A stretch of 64,000 bases of DNA from Malacoraja senta (lineage: Eukaryota). The stretch covers positions 1,984,001-2,048,000 of the forward strand of contig CM075988.1 in the NCBI GenBank assembly GCA_038087875.1. Direction: 5' to 3'. Positions within the stretch are counted from its first letter, which is position 1. Each line of letters begins with the position of its first letter. The notes below the pieces were generated by a model. It was not told where the DNA came from, did not search any database, and saw only the letters and a list, made by a program, of their open reading frames with translations. Of this stretch, positions 12,507 through 25,518 are shown piece by piece. The position numbers and the translations under genes were made by a program.

Positions 12507-13630
12507 ATAGAAACATAGAAAATAGGTGCAGGAGTAGGCCATTCAGCCCTTTGAGCCTGCACTGCCATTCAATATGATCATGGCTGATCATCCAACTCAG
12601 TATCCTGTACCTGCCTTCTCTCCATACCCCCTGATCCCTTTAGACACAAGGGCCACATCTAACTCCCTCTTAAATATAGCCAATGAACTGGCCTCAACTA
12701 CCTTCTGTGGCAGAGAATTCCAGAGATTCACCACTTTCTGTGTGAAAAATGTTTTTCTCATCTCGGTCCTAAAAGATTTCCCCTTTATCCTTAAACTGTG
12801 ACCCCTTGTCCTGGACTTCCCCAACATCAGGAACAATCTTCCTGCATCTAGCTGGTCCAACCCCTTAAGAATTTTATAAGTTTCTATAAGATCCCCCCTC
12901 AATCTTCTAAATTCTAGCGAGTACAAGCCGAGTCTATCCAGTCTTTCTTCATATGAAAGTCCTGACATCCTAGGAATCAGTCTGGTGAACCTTCTCTGTA
13001 CTCCCTCTATGGCAAGAATGTCTTTCCTCAGATTTGGAGACCAAAACTGTACGCAATACTCCAGGTGTGGTCTCACCAAGACCCTGTACAACTGCAGTAG
13101 AACCTCCCTGCTCCTATACTCAAATCCTTTTGCTATGAATGCTAACATACCATTCGCTTTCTTCACTGCCTGCTGCACCTGCATGCCTACTTTCAATGAC
13201 TGGTGTACCATGACACCCAGGTCTCGTTACATCTCCCCTTTTCCTAATCGGCCACCATTCAGATAATAGTCTACTTTCCTGTTTTAGCCACCAAAGTGGA
13301 TAACCTCACATTTATCCACATTATACTGCATCTGCCATGCATTTGCCCACTAACCTAGCCTATCCAAGTCCCTTGCAGCCTCCTAGCATCCTCCTCACAG
13401 CTAACACTGCCCCCCAGCTTCGTGTCATCCGCTAACTTGGAGATGTTGCATTCAATTCCCTCGTCCAAATCATTAATATATATTGTAAATAGCTGGGGTC
13501 CCAGCACTGAGCGTTGCGGTACCCCACTCGTCACTGCCTGCCATTCTGAAAAGGACCCGTTTACTCCTACTCTTTGCTTCCTGTTTGCCAGACAGTTCTC
13601 TATCCACATCAATACTGAACCCCCAATACC
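12507..13630 (-). mobile_element. CR1 3' portion, little diverged from the 5350-8781 copy
   Basis: 204-aa ORF ending GYGEKAGTGY*, plus a GVPQ.SVLGP/ADD segment and a TTTCTATG tail. Confidence 0.92.
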
Positions 13631-13684
13631 GTTCCTGGAGTTTCTTCCTGCTGTTTCCTGTTGAATTGTCCCCCACCATTTATT

Positions 13685-14310
13685 TTGCGAGGGCTAGAAT
13701 ACAAAAAATGGGGATGTAATGCTAAGGCTCTATAAGGCGTTGGTAAGGACCATTTGGAGTATTGTGAGCAATTATAGGCACCTCATCTGAGGAAGGATGT
13801 GCTGGTTGTGGAAAGGGTCCAGAGGAGGTTTACAAGAATGATCCCAGGAATGAGTGAGTTAACCTATGATGAGCGTTTGGCAGCACAGGGCCTGTACTCG
13901 CTGGAGTTTAGAAGAATGAGAGGGGACCGTATTTAAAGTACAGAATTGTGAAAGGCTTGGATAGAGTGGATGTGGAGAGGATGTTTCCACTAGTGGGAGA
14001 GTCTAGGACTAGAGGTCATAGCCTCTGAATTAAAGGACGTTCTTTTAGGAAGGAGATGAGGAGGAATTTCTTTAGTTTGGAGGGTGGTGAATCTGTAGAA
14101 TTCTTTGCCAGAGAAGGCTGTAGAGGCCGTCAATGGATATTTTTAAGGCAGAGATAGATAGATTCTTGATTAGTACGGGTGTCAGGGGTTAAGGGGAGAA
14201 GGCAGGAGGAAAGGGTTAGGAAGGAGTGATAAGTCAGCCATGATTGAACGGCGGAGTAGACTTGATGGGCCGATTGGCCTAATTCTGCTCTTATCACTTA
14301 TGACCTTATA
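13685..14310 (+). mobile_element. CR1 3' fragment
   Basis: Degenerate RLYKALVR.HLEYC/ERVQRRF coding remnant and CR1 3' UTR. Confidence 0.8.
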
Positions 14311-15609
14311 ACCATGCATGACCAGATGTGATAGGACTGCAGAACTTCAATCTGATGCATGGAGCGTGGGATCACTTAGGTTGATCTGTTGCACGCATAG
14401 GACACATGCTCAGGGGTATGGCATCACTTGGCTGGCACCAGGACATTTTTAGTTAGGCCCATTGCAGTTCATGTCTCACATCTGCATAGTTTTAAAATCC
14501 CAATGTTTTGAAAGAGGTGACTGTAGAGATAATTGCTCTGGTTATCGTCTTCCAAACATTTTATGGATTCTGAAATTATTACTGTGGATTGGAGGATAGT
14601 AAATGTGAACCCACTATTTATAAAAGAAAGGAGACTTAAAACAGAGAACTACTGGCCTATTAGTCTAATGGCCAGCACAGGGAAATACTGGAAAAATGTA
14701 ATGAAATATGCAGAAACAGAACACTTTGAGATGAATTGTTCCGAGTTTGTAGGATAGCGCCAGTGTATGGGGTTATCATTGGTTCAGTGCGGACTCAGTG
14801 GGCCAAAGGGCCTGACTCCACGCTGTATCTCTAAAGTCTAAAATAAAGTGCTTTACTTTGATTTAAGATTCTGATCTTGTATGGAATTAAATCACTTCCA
14901 GTCTTAATGTCAAATTCCCCAATGTTATGATCACTTTCTGTGAAAGGTCCCTTCAATACAAGATTAATAACTAATTATTTTTTTACTTCACACCATCTAT
15001 CTATCTATATAACTAAAAGTCTCATCTTGACCACTTCTTGTCTGCGCTGTATATTGATTTTAGAAAAAACGCTACCATATATCGCTATGATTTTTGGCCA
15101 TCTTACTCACAGTCCTCGTCTGCTGTGGCAGCCCTGAGGATTTTTCCGATTGATGAAAAATAAAAAAGTTATGAGTGTTGAGATCTTGAGATCAGCTGAT
15201 TGGTCCTCTCGCCTGCCAATCACCACGATGAAGGTAACGCCTTTTCCAGGAGGGGGTGGGGGGGGTCTATAAAACCAGGACTATAAAACCCCGGATGCCT
15301 GGACATGAGTCAGTCACTCTGGAAGATCGCGAGGGAGAGTCCACAACTGTGATTCTAATCTGTGAATCAACTGTGAGTCTGCAATGTACTTGCAATAAAT
15401 GATTTGTTAGCCCTTAATGACAATGCAATGAGTTGTTTGGCAATTTGGTGGCATGCACTCTGCTTGAAATGATATGAAATTGAATTTGGTGGCCTGCACT
15501 CTGCCTCGAATGCTATGAAATTGAGTTTGGCGGCCTGCACTCTGCCTGAAATGCTACGAAATTGAGTTTGGCTGCCTGCACTCTGCCTGAAATGGAATTG
15601 CAAGGAATA

Positions 15610-15870
15610 GCCCTGAGGGACTGCCAGCCCACCAGCCCTGAGTGACTGATCTGCCAGCCCACCAGCCCTGAGTGACTGAGCTGCCAGCCCACCAGCCCTG
15701 AGTGACTGAGCTGCCAGCCCACCAGCCCTGAGTGACTGAGCTGCCAGCCCACCTGCCCTGAGTGACTGACTGCCAGCCAACCAGGCCTGAGTGACTGAGC
15801 TGCCAGCCAGCAGGCCTGAGTGAGTGAGCTGCCAGCCCAGCAGGCCTGAGTGACTGAGCTGCCAGCCCAA
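15610..15870. repeat. ~30-bp minisatellite inside a Helitron unit
   Basis: About 8 copies of CTGAGTGACTGAGCTGCCAGCCCACCAGCC, preceded by ~35-bp GAAATTGAGTTTGG..CTGCACTCTGCC repeats. Confidence 0.95.
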
Positions 15871-16818
15871 GAATCCATTTGGCCCACATTGTCCATACAA
15901 GCCCTCTGGAAACCAGTCCCTTCACCCCACAACACCCATACTAGTGCTCCAGAAAGCCCCCAACCCCCCCCCCCCCCACTGGCCACCAATATTGGAATTG
16001 GTGGAGAGGTGGAATATTGTGTTGGGGGACCAGCCCTTCAGTGCGAACATGGGACCCAACGGGTCACACTTAGTCTAGTATACTATTAAACATCTCATCT
16101 TGTATGTATGTATACGTGTGTGTGTGTGTGTGCTTGTTTCCATATGCTCTTCTACCTTCGTCAAAACGCTAAGCGCTACAGTTTACATTTTTACAGATTA
16201 TTACTCACATTATCCCGGTAGACGCAATAAACATGTTCCCTTCACATTTCATGCTATATTTCATGTTATTGACGATTCAAGTTTGAAAAGAAGGGCAAAA
16301 AAGTTTCTCACACACAGCCTTTTTCCAGGACTTTCCACTGATGATGTCACAATGCCTCTCACAGTGCAACAAACACAATAGGCCCTCAAGCTGCCCAGTG
16401 CCAATGACATCACAATGGGACGTTACCAATGGTAACCACAGCTTCTCACAGACATCCTTTTTTCCAGGAGCTTCCAGTGAAGATAATCACAATGGGATCT
16501 TAAGCTGCCGAGTGCCACACCCCCCGCCCCTTCCTCCCCCTGGGTTATTCACACCCCCCACCCCCTCCCCCCTGGGTTATTCACATCCCCCACCCCACCC
16601 CTAGCGTTATTCCTGATTAAAGTTTCAAAAAAAGCCAAAACCACCTTTTAAAACACCAGCTTCCAGTGACGTCACAATGCTCCCCCCCTCCCAACGGTAC
16701 AGTGAAACAGAATATTCCACCACCTTCCAGTGACGTCAGGGGGAGGGCCTCATTTCAAAAACAGCTTCGTCAGCTCCCCAACGCACACCATTGGGGAAGC
16801 AGACCCAACGGGCACTTA

Positions 16819-17648
<830 letters not shown>

Positions 17649-18816
17649 TTAGTCTAATATACCTATAAAAGTCTCATCTTGACTGTCTGTATGTCTGTAT
17701 GTGTGTTGTATGTTTTATATCATCCTCAAAACGTGATGAACTAGCGCTTAAAGATTTACAAATTCTGACACATTTTTTTACCTCCATGCCGTTATCAAGT
17801 TCACTTAACATTTGATGCTATATTTTACGTTACTGATGATCAAAGCTTTCAAAAAAGCCTAATTTAACATTTTTACTGTTAAAATCCTTCCTGCCAGCTT
17901 CCAACACACTTCGATACAAAGTTGCAAGACAGGAACACTGAACTTTTCACCTCAATGGGACATCACAGCTTGAACAGGAGGGGGAGGGCGAATTGGTATT
18001 GCAATTGGAACTGCTGCGGCAGGCAGGTGAAGTGCAATTAGATTTATTTTTAAAGTCCACTGTGCCATCATAGCTCCTGGCAGCACAGAAGGGGGAGGGT
18101 CAATTGATATTGCAATTGGGAAAGTGCAATTGGAATATTTTTTTGAAAGTCCAGTGCCTGGGGAGGCAGGGGAGTGCTAGAATCTTACGTTCGGCAACGG
18201 GTTGAGTTGGGGGCAACGCCTCCCGTGGGAGCTACGGGTTAATGGTGCAATATTGCATTGTGGAACGGGTTGCGTTGGGGGACCAGGCCTCCCATGTGTC
18301 ACGGGTCCCACTTGATCTAGTAAGATCTAAAACTGCCTTTCTCAAGATAGTTCCTCACTTATCAAAAAACCCATCAGCATGCACCACATTAGTACCATTA
18401 ACAGCCAACTTATGCAGTCTACAGATATTTGTGCCATTGATTTTTATGTCTTGTTTAAAGTTCTGTGTGCATTCAAGTAAAGATTCTCCAGTTTCAGTGG
18501 TTCTATGTAATAAGGAGCAGTGCTGCTTGCACTCCTTCCATAGAACCTGCTCCTAGTTCCTACCCCCCCCCCTACACTGCCCCGCTTCTGACATGGACCA
18601 TGACAGCCAGATTCTCCCTCCCCTCCCACATTGTTTCCTCTCCAGCCCCGAGGAGATGACATAAACCCTGGTATTGAACAGAGGCCCCGAACTTCACCAC
18701 GTCCCTTTTCCCTCCTCTAATCTGAATGGCACCCTAGACACAGAACAGCACAGTAAAGACACAAAATGCTGGAGTAACAGCGGGACAGGCAGTATCTATG
18801 GAGAGAAGGAATCGGT

Positions 18817-18844
18817 GACGTTTCGGGTCGAGACCCTTCTTCAG
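18817..18844 (-). ncRNA. Minimal hammerhead-ribozyme-like core in a Penelope tail
   Basis: Minus strand reads CTGAAGA-AGGGT-CTCG-ACCC-GAAA-CGTC: CUGANGA box, stem II, GAAA box and a GUC triplet. Confidence 0.6.
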
Positions 18845-19081
18845 ATCCCTGCCTGGGTGGACAGGGACAAGTACTGACCCTCAACACGGCCCTCTCATTG
18901 CCCAGACCTGCTTCACTCACAGCCACCACCCCCTGCCCCTCCTGACACAACACTGCTGTACACTAGGTCACAACTGAAGGGAAATGAAGCACATATTTAA
19001 TCAAAAATGAAAGAACCGATGATTGCACAGATGAAATCAATAGTACTGGAACAGCGACTTTAGCAGAATAATACACAATAT

Positions 19082-19087
19082 TTTATT
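19082..19087 (-). promoter_or_regulatory. Candidate polyadenylation signal of the BARX2-like gene
   Basis: AATAAA about 180 nt after the TGA, followed by U/GU-rich sequence. An alternative ATTAAA lies at 18996-19001. Confidence 0.55.
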
Positions 19088-19268
19088 TAAATCTCCCTTA
19101 TACACAGAGCATTGGTTCCCAGCTCGCATTAAATTAAGGTCATTATTTACATGCTGTGATATGCGGGCAGCAGGCTGGTACTCCTGCATTCTCTCGCCAC
19201 CACTGCAGCCAGTGCCCACGGTGCCAGGGCACTCGCAGAGTGAAAGAGCGTTGTCTGGTCCTCGTTCC

Positions 19269-19403
19269 TCAGGTTAGGCATGGTTGCTGCTCCTGTGCTG
19301 ACCTGGCCTCTTCCTCAGCCTCCACCTCCTCTGTCGTGGGGATGGAGTTTTTCTTTGGCCTCCCCTTGGGTTTGGTCGGAGCCTCCTGCCCTCCTCTCAG
19401 CAC
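19269..19403 (-). CDS. BARX2: BARX2-like terminal coding exon
   Basis: Acceptor tttctcccatgcag|GTG, phase 0 matching the previous exon. Translates [44 protein letters not shown], containing the Barx basic motif [14 protein letters not shown]. This frame is absent from the ORF track. Confidence 0.92.
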   Translation of the reverse strand: MLRGGQEAPTKPKGRPKKNSIPTTEEVEAEEEARSAQEQQPCLT

Positions 19404-20556
19404 CTGCATGGGAGAAATGCGGTCCAACATCAGGCAAGTGATAGAAGGTAATGGGGGGACATGTCAAGCTCATCCATACACTCCCCGGGTGAATATCTAA
19501 TGTGCACAGAGCAGGCAGGCTGGGTGGGGCACACAGTGTCTGTTCATCTGGACTGAGGGGGGACAATACTGCTGTTACTTCCTGATATTGCAGCAAAGAA
19601 ATCCACCCAGTCTCACTTGCCCAGAGCCAAACCTGAGTGTAATTAATGATAAAACTTTAAGAACCAGAACTTTAAAATATTGGAGGAATTGTGGACGCAA
19701 TAATCGGTGAGAAAGTCGGACAGGATTGAGTGGACGCCAAGTGCCCCATTGGTACCAGGAAGTCGGTGGAGGAGGGTGACGAGAAGGAAACTCCAGAGGC
19801 AGCCATCCCACCAGCAGCAGAAGAACATTCAGTGTATACCACTGACGGGCATCATGGACACGGCTGTACTGACAATAAATGTAGTGACTATTGCCCAGTA
19901 TAATCATAGGAACAAACAGCACAGAAGCAGGCCCTTCAGCCCACCTCATCCATGCCGAGCGTGATGTCTGTCTACACTCATCCCAATTGCTTGCATTAAG
20001 CCCATATTCCTTTACCTTGAGTCTGAAGAAGGGTCCCGATCCAAAACTTCGTCTGTCCATGCCCTCCACAGATGCTGCCTGACCTGCTGAATTCTTGCAG
20101 CACATTGTGCCTTGCAAGATCCCAGCATCTGATGTTTCTTGTACCTACTTCCCTACATTTCTTACCAAATACCTGTCCAATGCCTTTTAAACTTTTGTCA
20201 TTTTATCTGCCTCTATCACCTCCTCTGACAGCTCTTGCAAAATAATCACCACCCTCTGTGTGAAAAAACGTACCCCTCAGATCTCCTTTAAATGTTTCCC
20301 CTCTCACCCTAAACCCTGCCCTCTACTAGATTCCCTGCCCTGGGGAATAGGCTCTGATTATCTATCTATGCCCGGCTGATGGCACTGCATGTCACCCACT
20401 CAACCTCACACAGTGAAAGCTGCATTTCACTGACAACTGGCATCTCATCCTTAGCTCTTTCACCCGAGAGCCACGATCTCCAGCACCATTCCCTCACTGG
20501 GGAAGGCCATTCACAGCCCAGGATAATGCCCTGCTGCTGAGAGTGGACAATCACTC

Positions 20557-20835
20557 TTTAGACTTTAGAGATACAGCACAGAAGCAGGCCCTTCTGTCCA
20601 CCGAGACCAGTGATCACCCCATACTCTAGCACTATCATACACACTATTTTACCAAAGCCATTAACCTACAAACCTGTATGTCTTTGGAATGTGGGAGGAA
20701 ACTTGAGATCCCAGAGAAAACCCATGCAGTTACAGGGAGAACGTACAAACTCCGTACAGACAGCACCTGAAGTCAGGATCGAACCTGGATCTCTGACGCT
20801 GTAAGGCAGCAGCTCCACTGCTGTGCCACCGTGCC
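20557..20835 (-). mobile_element. tRNA-derived V-SINE (HE1-like)
   Basis: Minus strand has A-box GGTGGCACAGCAGTGG, B-box GGTTCGATCC, the shared body and a CTAAAG tail. Confidence 0.85.
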
Positions 20836-21382
20836 GTCCCACTCCTGGCCCCAGGCCACTCCTGAAAGGCCTTTTGCTCCTTCAGTGAGGGAGTGCTGTC
20901 TCTGGTGAGCTGGGACTGACTCAAAGCCATGACTGGAGGAGATGCTCATGTTAAGGAGAATGAGGAAAGATTGTGGGACAGCGGGTAACAGGGATAAGAG
21001 CACTGTCTCAGCAGCCACTTCCTCCTTCTCTGCTCTGACTCAATTTGCCCAGTTGTAGCTGCATGAAAAACCAGGATGTATGCACTTCCTGAAGGAATCT
21101 CCAGGATCCTGCACCGATCCTGGACGGGCATATATGCAGGAAGCCAGTCAGTTGGTGGGACATGTCCTTCCCTGACAGAATGTGTGGGTCAAGTGGTGGT
21201 GAGCCCAGTGCTGGGGGTAGAGAGGGAAGGGTGAAGACAGCACAGGAGGACAGGAGTTCCCTGAGGATATCTTAACCGGCATTCAGTTGGGAATACTTGG
21301 GCAGAGCGATGATTCCAGGACAGGATGTCCTCCCTGGTGCCAGGGAGATGTCAGTCAGTGGAGCAGAACCTCCAAAGGCTAA

Positions 21383-21645
21383 AGGGCCTGTCCCACTTGG
21401 GCGTCATTTGCACATCATGCTGGTGGCGCACAAAGATTTTGTGAATCCCAAAATCTTGGGGCGCTGCGCGCGACCGCGCGTCACTGCCCACGCCACCACG
21501 TCTCACCAAGGGCCATGCACGTGTAATGCACGCCATGCGCGCATCATGTGCACGTCACACGTAAATGATGTAGCGTTGTGCGTCATGACGCGTAAAGGAT
21601 GTCGCGTAAATGACGCGCAAATAACGCCCGAGCGGGGCAGGTCCT
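21383..21645. mobile_element. Related Harbinger-type MITE with degenerate right TIR
   Basis: Left end TAA|AGGGCCTGTCCCACTTGGGCGTCATTTGC. The right end reverse-complements to AGGACCTGCCCCGCTCGGGCGTTATTTGC. The interior is CpG-rich. Confidence 0.7.
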
Positions 21646-22421
21646 TTCGGCCTCCTGTGGCCACTCTCAGAATGAGGTCCTGCAGGCACATTATTGGAAG
21701 GGTGGAAAGGGATTACACTGCAGGTTGTCAAAGGTGGCAATTAGCAGATGCTGGCTGGTGCCACAGACCAGTCACCACACAGACCAGGACAGAGTCAGGG
21801 TGGAGCAGTCAGTTGGTGCGGGGGGGAAGCTTCTGATTCCAGGCTCATTGTCACCTCTCTGGGGAAACCCGCGCACTTGTGGACGCATTAATGCTGCGAC
21901 ACGCCAGTGAGCCAGGAGCATGGGCAATGGTGCAGAACTTGCAGTGAGAAACAAAGCTTGTAGAGAACTGGAAGATAGCACCAGAGCAAGAAATAGTGAT
22001 AAGTGCAGTCAATAGTCAAGAGGGCTTTATTATCATATATACTGAAAACAGAACAATGAATTTCTTACTTGCAGCAGCATAGCAGGTCTGTAAACACAGT
22101 ACTCAAAAATAATACAATAAACAAAAGATAGTTAAATAAATGTAAATAAACAATATTAGTGCAAATCAAAAGCCCCTTGTGCAACCAAGACGTTTTGTAG
22201 TTCATCATTTAGTTGGGTCAAGTTGGTGTAAAATACTTTGTACATTGTTCAAATGTAATAAATGTGGTAAATAAGGAAGGTAAATGTAATAAATGGGGTA
22301 AATAATGGAAGGTAAATAAGGAAATAAGGAAGTATGTATCATTGGAAATTGATATAATATTGATATTGATTTCCTTTAAAGAGACAAATTGGATACAAGA
22401 GTCAAGTGTTTTATTGTCATA

Positions 22422-23145
22422 CTAGACAAAGTGGGACCAGTCACGCGGGAGGCCTGGTCCTCCAATGCAAGGGGGTGTGGATGATGGGGGGTGTGGGGGA
22501 GGGGGGACGTGGGGGAGGGGGGGTGTGGGGGAGGAGGTGTGTGGGGAGGGAGGTGTGGGGGAGGGGGTGGTGTGGGGGGAGGGGCTGGGGTGAGGGGAGG
22601 GGCTGGTGTGGGGGGGAGGGGATGGTGTGGAGGGGGAGGGACTCCACTCAGTGGCCACCGGCCGCAGCACCACACAGAACCTCCCGACTCCACACAGCGG
22701 CATACCCAACTCCACACAGCGGCTTTCCCGACTCCACACTGCGGTTTTCCCGATTCCACACAGCGGCTTTCCCGACTCCACACAACGGCTTTCCCGACTT
22801 CACACAACGGCTTTCCCGACTTCACACAGCGGCTTTCCCGACTCCACTCTTGTGGACTCAATCAGCACGGCTTGTTTACTCAGCCCTGCCTCCGGGGTTT
22901 TATTCTTCAGCGGGTGCCGGAAGGGGCGTTACCTTCATGGTGACTGACAGGCGAGAAGACCAATCTGCTGAACTCAGGATTTTTTAAACCTTCATAAGTT
23001 TTCTCATATTTCACCGATCGGAACAAAACTTGGTGGGTTGGAGCAGAGGCGAACAGTGAGTAGGGTGGCAAAAAAATATTGGGTAGCGTTTTTGCGCAAA
23101 TTTAATTACAAGTGGTCAAGATGAAAATTTTAGTAATAGTACAGA
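22422..23145 (-). mobile_element. Solo non-autonomous Helitron-like element
   Basis: Minus strand runs TCTGTACTATTACTAAAA...CTAG. Removing it restores ttttattgtcata|tgtcc, which resembles the LINE-tail repeat at ~25666-25685 (ttttattgtcatgtgtcc). This indicates an A^T insertion without TSD. Confidence 0.82.
22683..22848. repeat. 22-bp minisatellite
   Basis: About 7 copies of CCGACTCCACACAGCGGCTTTC. Confidence 0.92.
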
Positions 23146-23312
23146 TGTCCTGAAACGATGAATTACAGATATGTAAACATAGTAATCTGTAAACACCATA
23201 ATAAATGACAAAAAAAAGCTCAGTAATAAACAAACTAAATATTGCCAATTAAGGGTTCTTGAAGAGAAGTGGGGGAACCAAAAATGAAGGCGTTGAAGAA
23301 AGGCTATGATGG

Positions 23313-23608
23313 TGTTTAGTTTTGAGATACAGCGTGGAAACAGGCCCTTCGGCCCACCGAGTCCGCGCCGACCAGCGATTATCTCGTACACTACCACTAT
23401 CCAAGACACACTCGGGACAATTTACAATTTTACCAAAGCCAATTAACCTACAATCCTATATGTCTTTGAAGCAGAAACTGGAGATTCCAGAGAAACACAG
23501 GTCACGGGGAGAACGCACAAACTCCATACAGACAACACCCATAGTCAGGATCGAACCTGGGTCTCTGGTGCTATAAGGCAGCAACTCTACCACTGTGTCT
23601 CCGTGACA
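23313..23608 (-). mobile_element. tRNA-derived V-SINE (HE1-like)
   Basis: Same head, body and tail as the other copies. Confidence 0.85.
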
Positions 23609-23897
23609 CCCAGTGTTGGTTGAGGAGCACATTGTAGTCTTGTGCAGATGTACGCCCACTTAAGCTCTTTCCTCCTTTCTTTGTATTCCTCAAAGACCAC
23701 GTCTGATTCTATCCGCTTAAAACTTGCATGTGCTTCCTTTTTCTTTTTGACCAAATTTACATCTTTGGTAATTCAAGGTTCCCTTGTTAGTTCTAAACTT
23801 CAATCAACTGGCATTTAAACAACTCCCACACTTTAGATGTGGACTTATCGAATAACAACTGCTCCCAATGTACCCTCCTGAGCTCCTGCCTAATAAC

Positions 23898-25518
23898 TAG
23901 AGCCAGGATGTTTAGGTGCAAAAAATCTCTGAAATAGGCAGGCAAAAAGGCATAATAAAATTACAAAAAAGGCATGAAAAGGCATTTATTTCCACCACCA
24001 AAATATGGTTAAATATGATCATTATAAAGGTCTATTACATTAAATGACCAAAGTTGCCTGGTTGCACATAACTACCAGCATTTTTTTCAAATTATCTGGT
24101 GTTAAACTATGCCGCCTGTCAGACAGAATATGCTACAGCTGTGAAAAACTTATTTCTACCCCAGCTGAGGTCACTGGTGCATACCTGAAACAAGCTACAA
24201 ACTCTACATTCATGTCGATATCTTGTGCATTACAACTACCTTTGAGAACTTTAGTTTTGTATTTCTTCAAGATCTTTGTTAGCTAAAATCACTCTCTCAC
24301 ATTTTCCTTGTATGTCTTCACCTACATCGCCAGGAACTTTAAGTACAAAGTACAGCAAGTGAAGATGTAAACAACTGAGCAATAGTTCAGCTCTTTGACT
24401 TCTCCAATACTTCCGATGTCAAGAAATACTCCTTTGATGGTTGACCTGCCTCCAGTGTACCAATGACCACATTGGCAATAAATCTCCCCACAGCATCAGT
24501 TATCTCGTCTATTGAGATCGATATTTTGTTCCATGCAACTTCATCTCTAATTTTCTGCACAACAATGTTGAAGTTGCTGTCAACATAATTTTTCCATAAT
24601 GATGACTCGCTTGGTATATGTTCCTCTGTGTATTTCCCTAAAAAACCTCTGAGAGATTTGTTTTCCAATTTCCACAGTGGAATTCCAGCATCAATGAATG
24701 CGTTGCACAGATCACTCAAACTCAGATTTGCGATTGGAGCCAGAAGTAAATGTTGTGAGGAGACAAGCTTGCGTATTTCCCACCTTCTGTTTCTCTGCCG
24801 CCAACTTGTGTTTAGCTGTCTGTACATGCATGGAGATGAAATATTTTTTCTCATGATTCACTGCTTTCTCACATGCGTGGCAAAACAGCACACAGTTGTC
24901 TGTAGAGAATATAGCACTCCCGTACACTCTCACCAAATCGTTCTGTTTTTTACAAGGCGTTGACTTGACTTTAGGCATTTTGACGCTTGCAGGGGTAGAT
25001 CCTACAGGAGCGGGGATGCAGACCTCTACAGGCAGGCCAAGTATAAGCTAAGAAGAGGAATCAGAGCTTCCAAGGAAAGGTACTCTGAGAAGTTGAGGAG
25101 CAAGTTCTCAGCAAATGACTCTTCTTCAGTGTGGAAGGGCTTGCAAGAAATCACAAGCTACAAGAGGAAACCCCTCCTTGGACAATCGTCAGCTGACCAA
25201 CGACTGAACGAATTCTACTGCAGTTTCGATAAACAGAAACTTAACCCTGGTAACCCCAACCAACACTTCACGCCTACTCACAGCTTGACTCCAGTTTGCA
25301 AAGACTGGACCCTTTCCCGCGCACCCCTCTCCAATCACCATTTAACACCCACTTACAGCCGGGTTTCACCCCGGTGGTGTAAATTTTCTTGTAAGTTACG
25401 TTAAAACGGCAAAAAAGGCTGATTTAGGCACTCAATCGTAAAAAAGGCATTATCTTCTGAAATCATCAGAAAAAGGCATGAAAAGGCACATGGCATTTAT
25501 GGCTAAATCCTGGCTCTA
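23898..25518 (-). mobile_element. hAT DNA transposon with degenerate CGGBP1-like transposase
   Basis: TIRs TAGAGCCAGGAT(G)TTTAG and a perfect 8-bp TSD CTAATAAC (23890-23897, 25519-25526). Coding remnants are a CHAC..H....H zinc finger (24712-24978), AGIPLWKLEN..ISIDE (24387-24854) and a hAT C-terminal RYAPVTSAGVEISFS..ILSDRRHSL at ~24050-24200. Confidence 0.9.

Noticed and set aside
15367..15989. Repetitive ORFs / CRISPR-like periodicity
   Set aside because: 30-bp minisatellite without unique spacers, in a eukaryotic context.
20840..21960. Possible old Harbinger-associated coding remnant or exon
   Set aside because: GC-rich and coding-like in places, but no motif I can identify with confidence.
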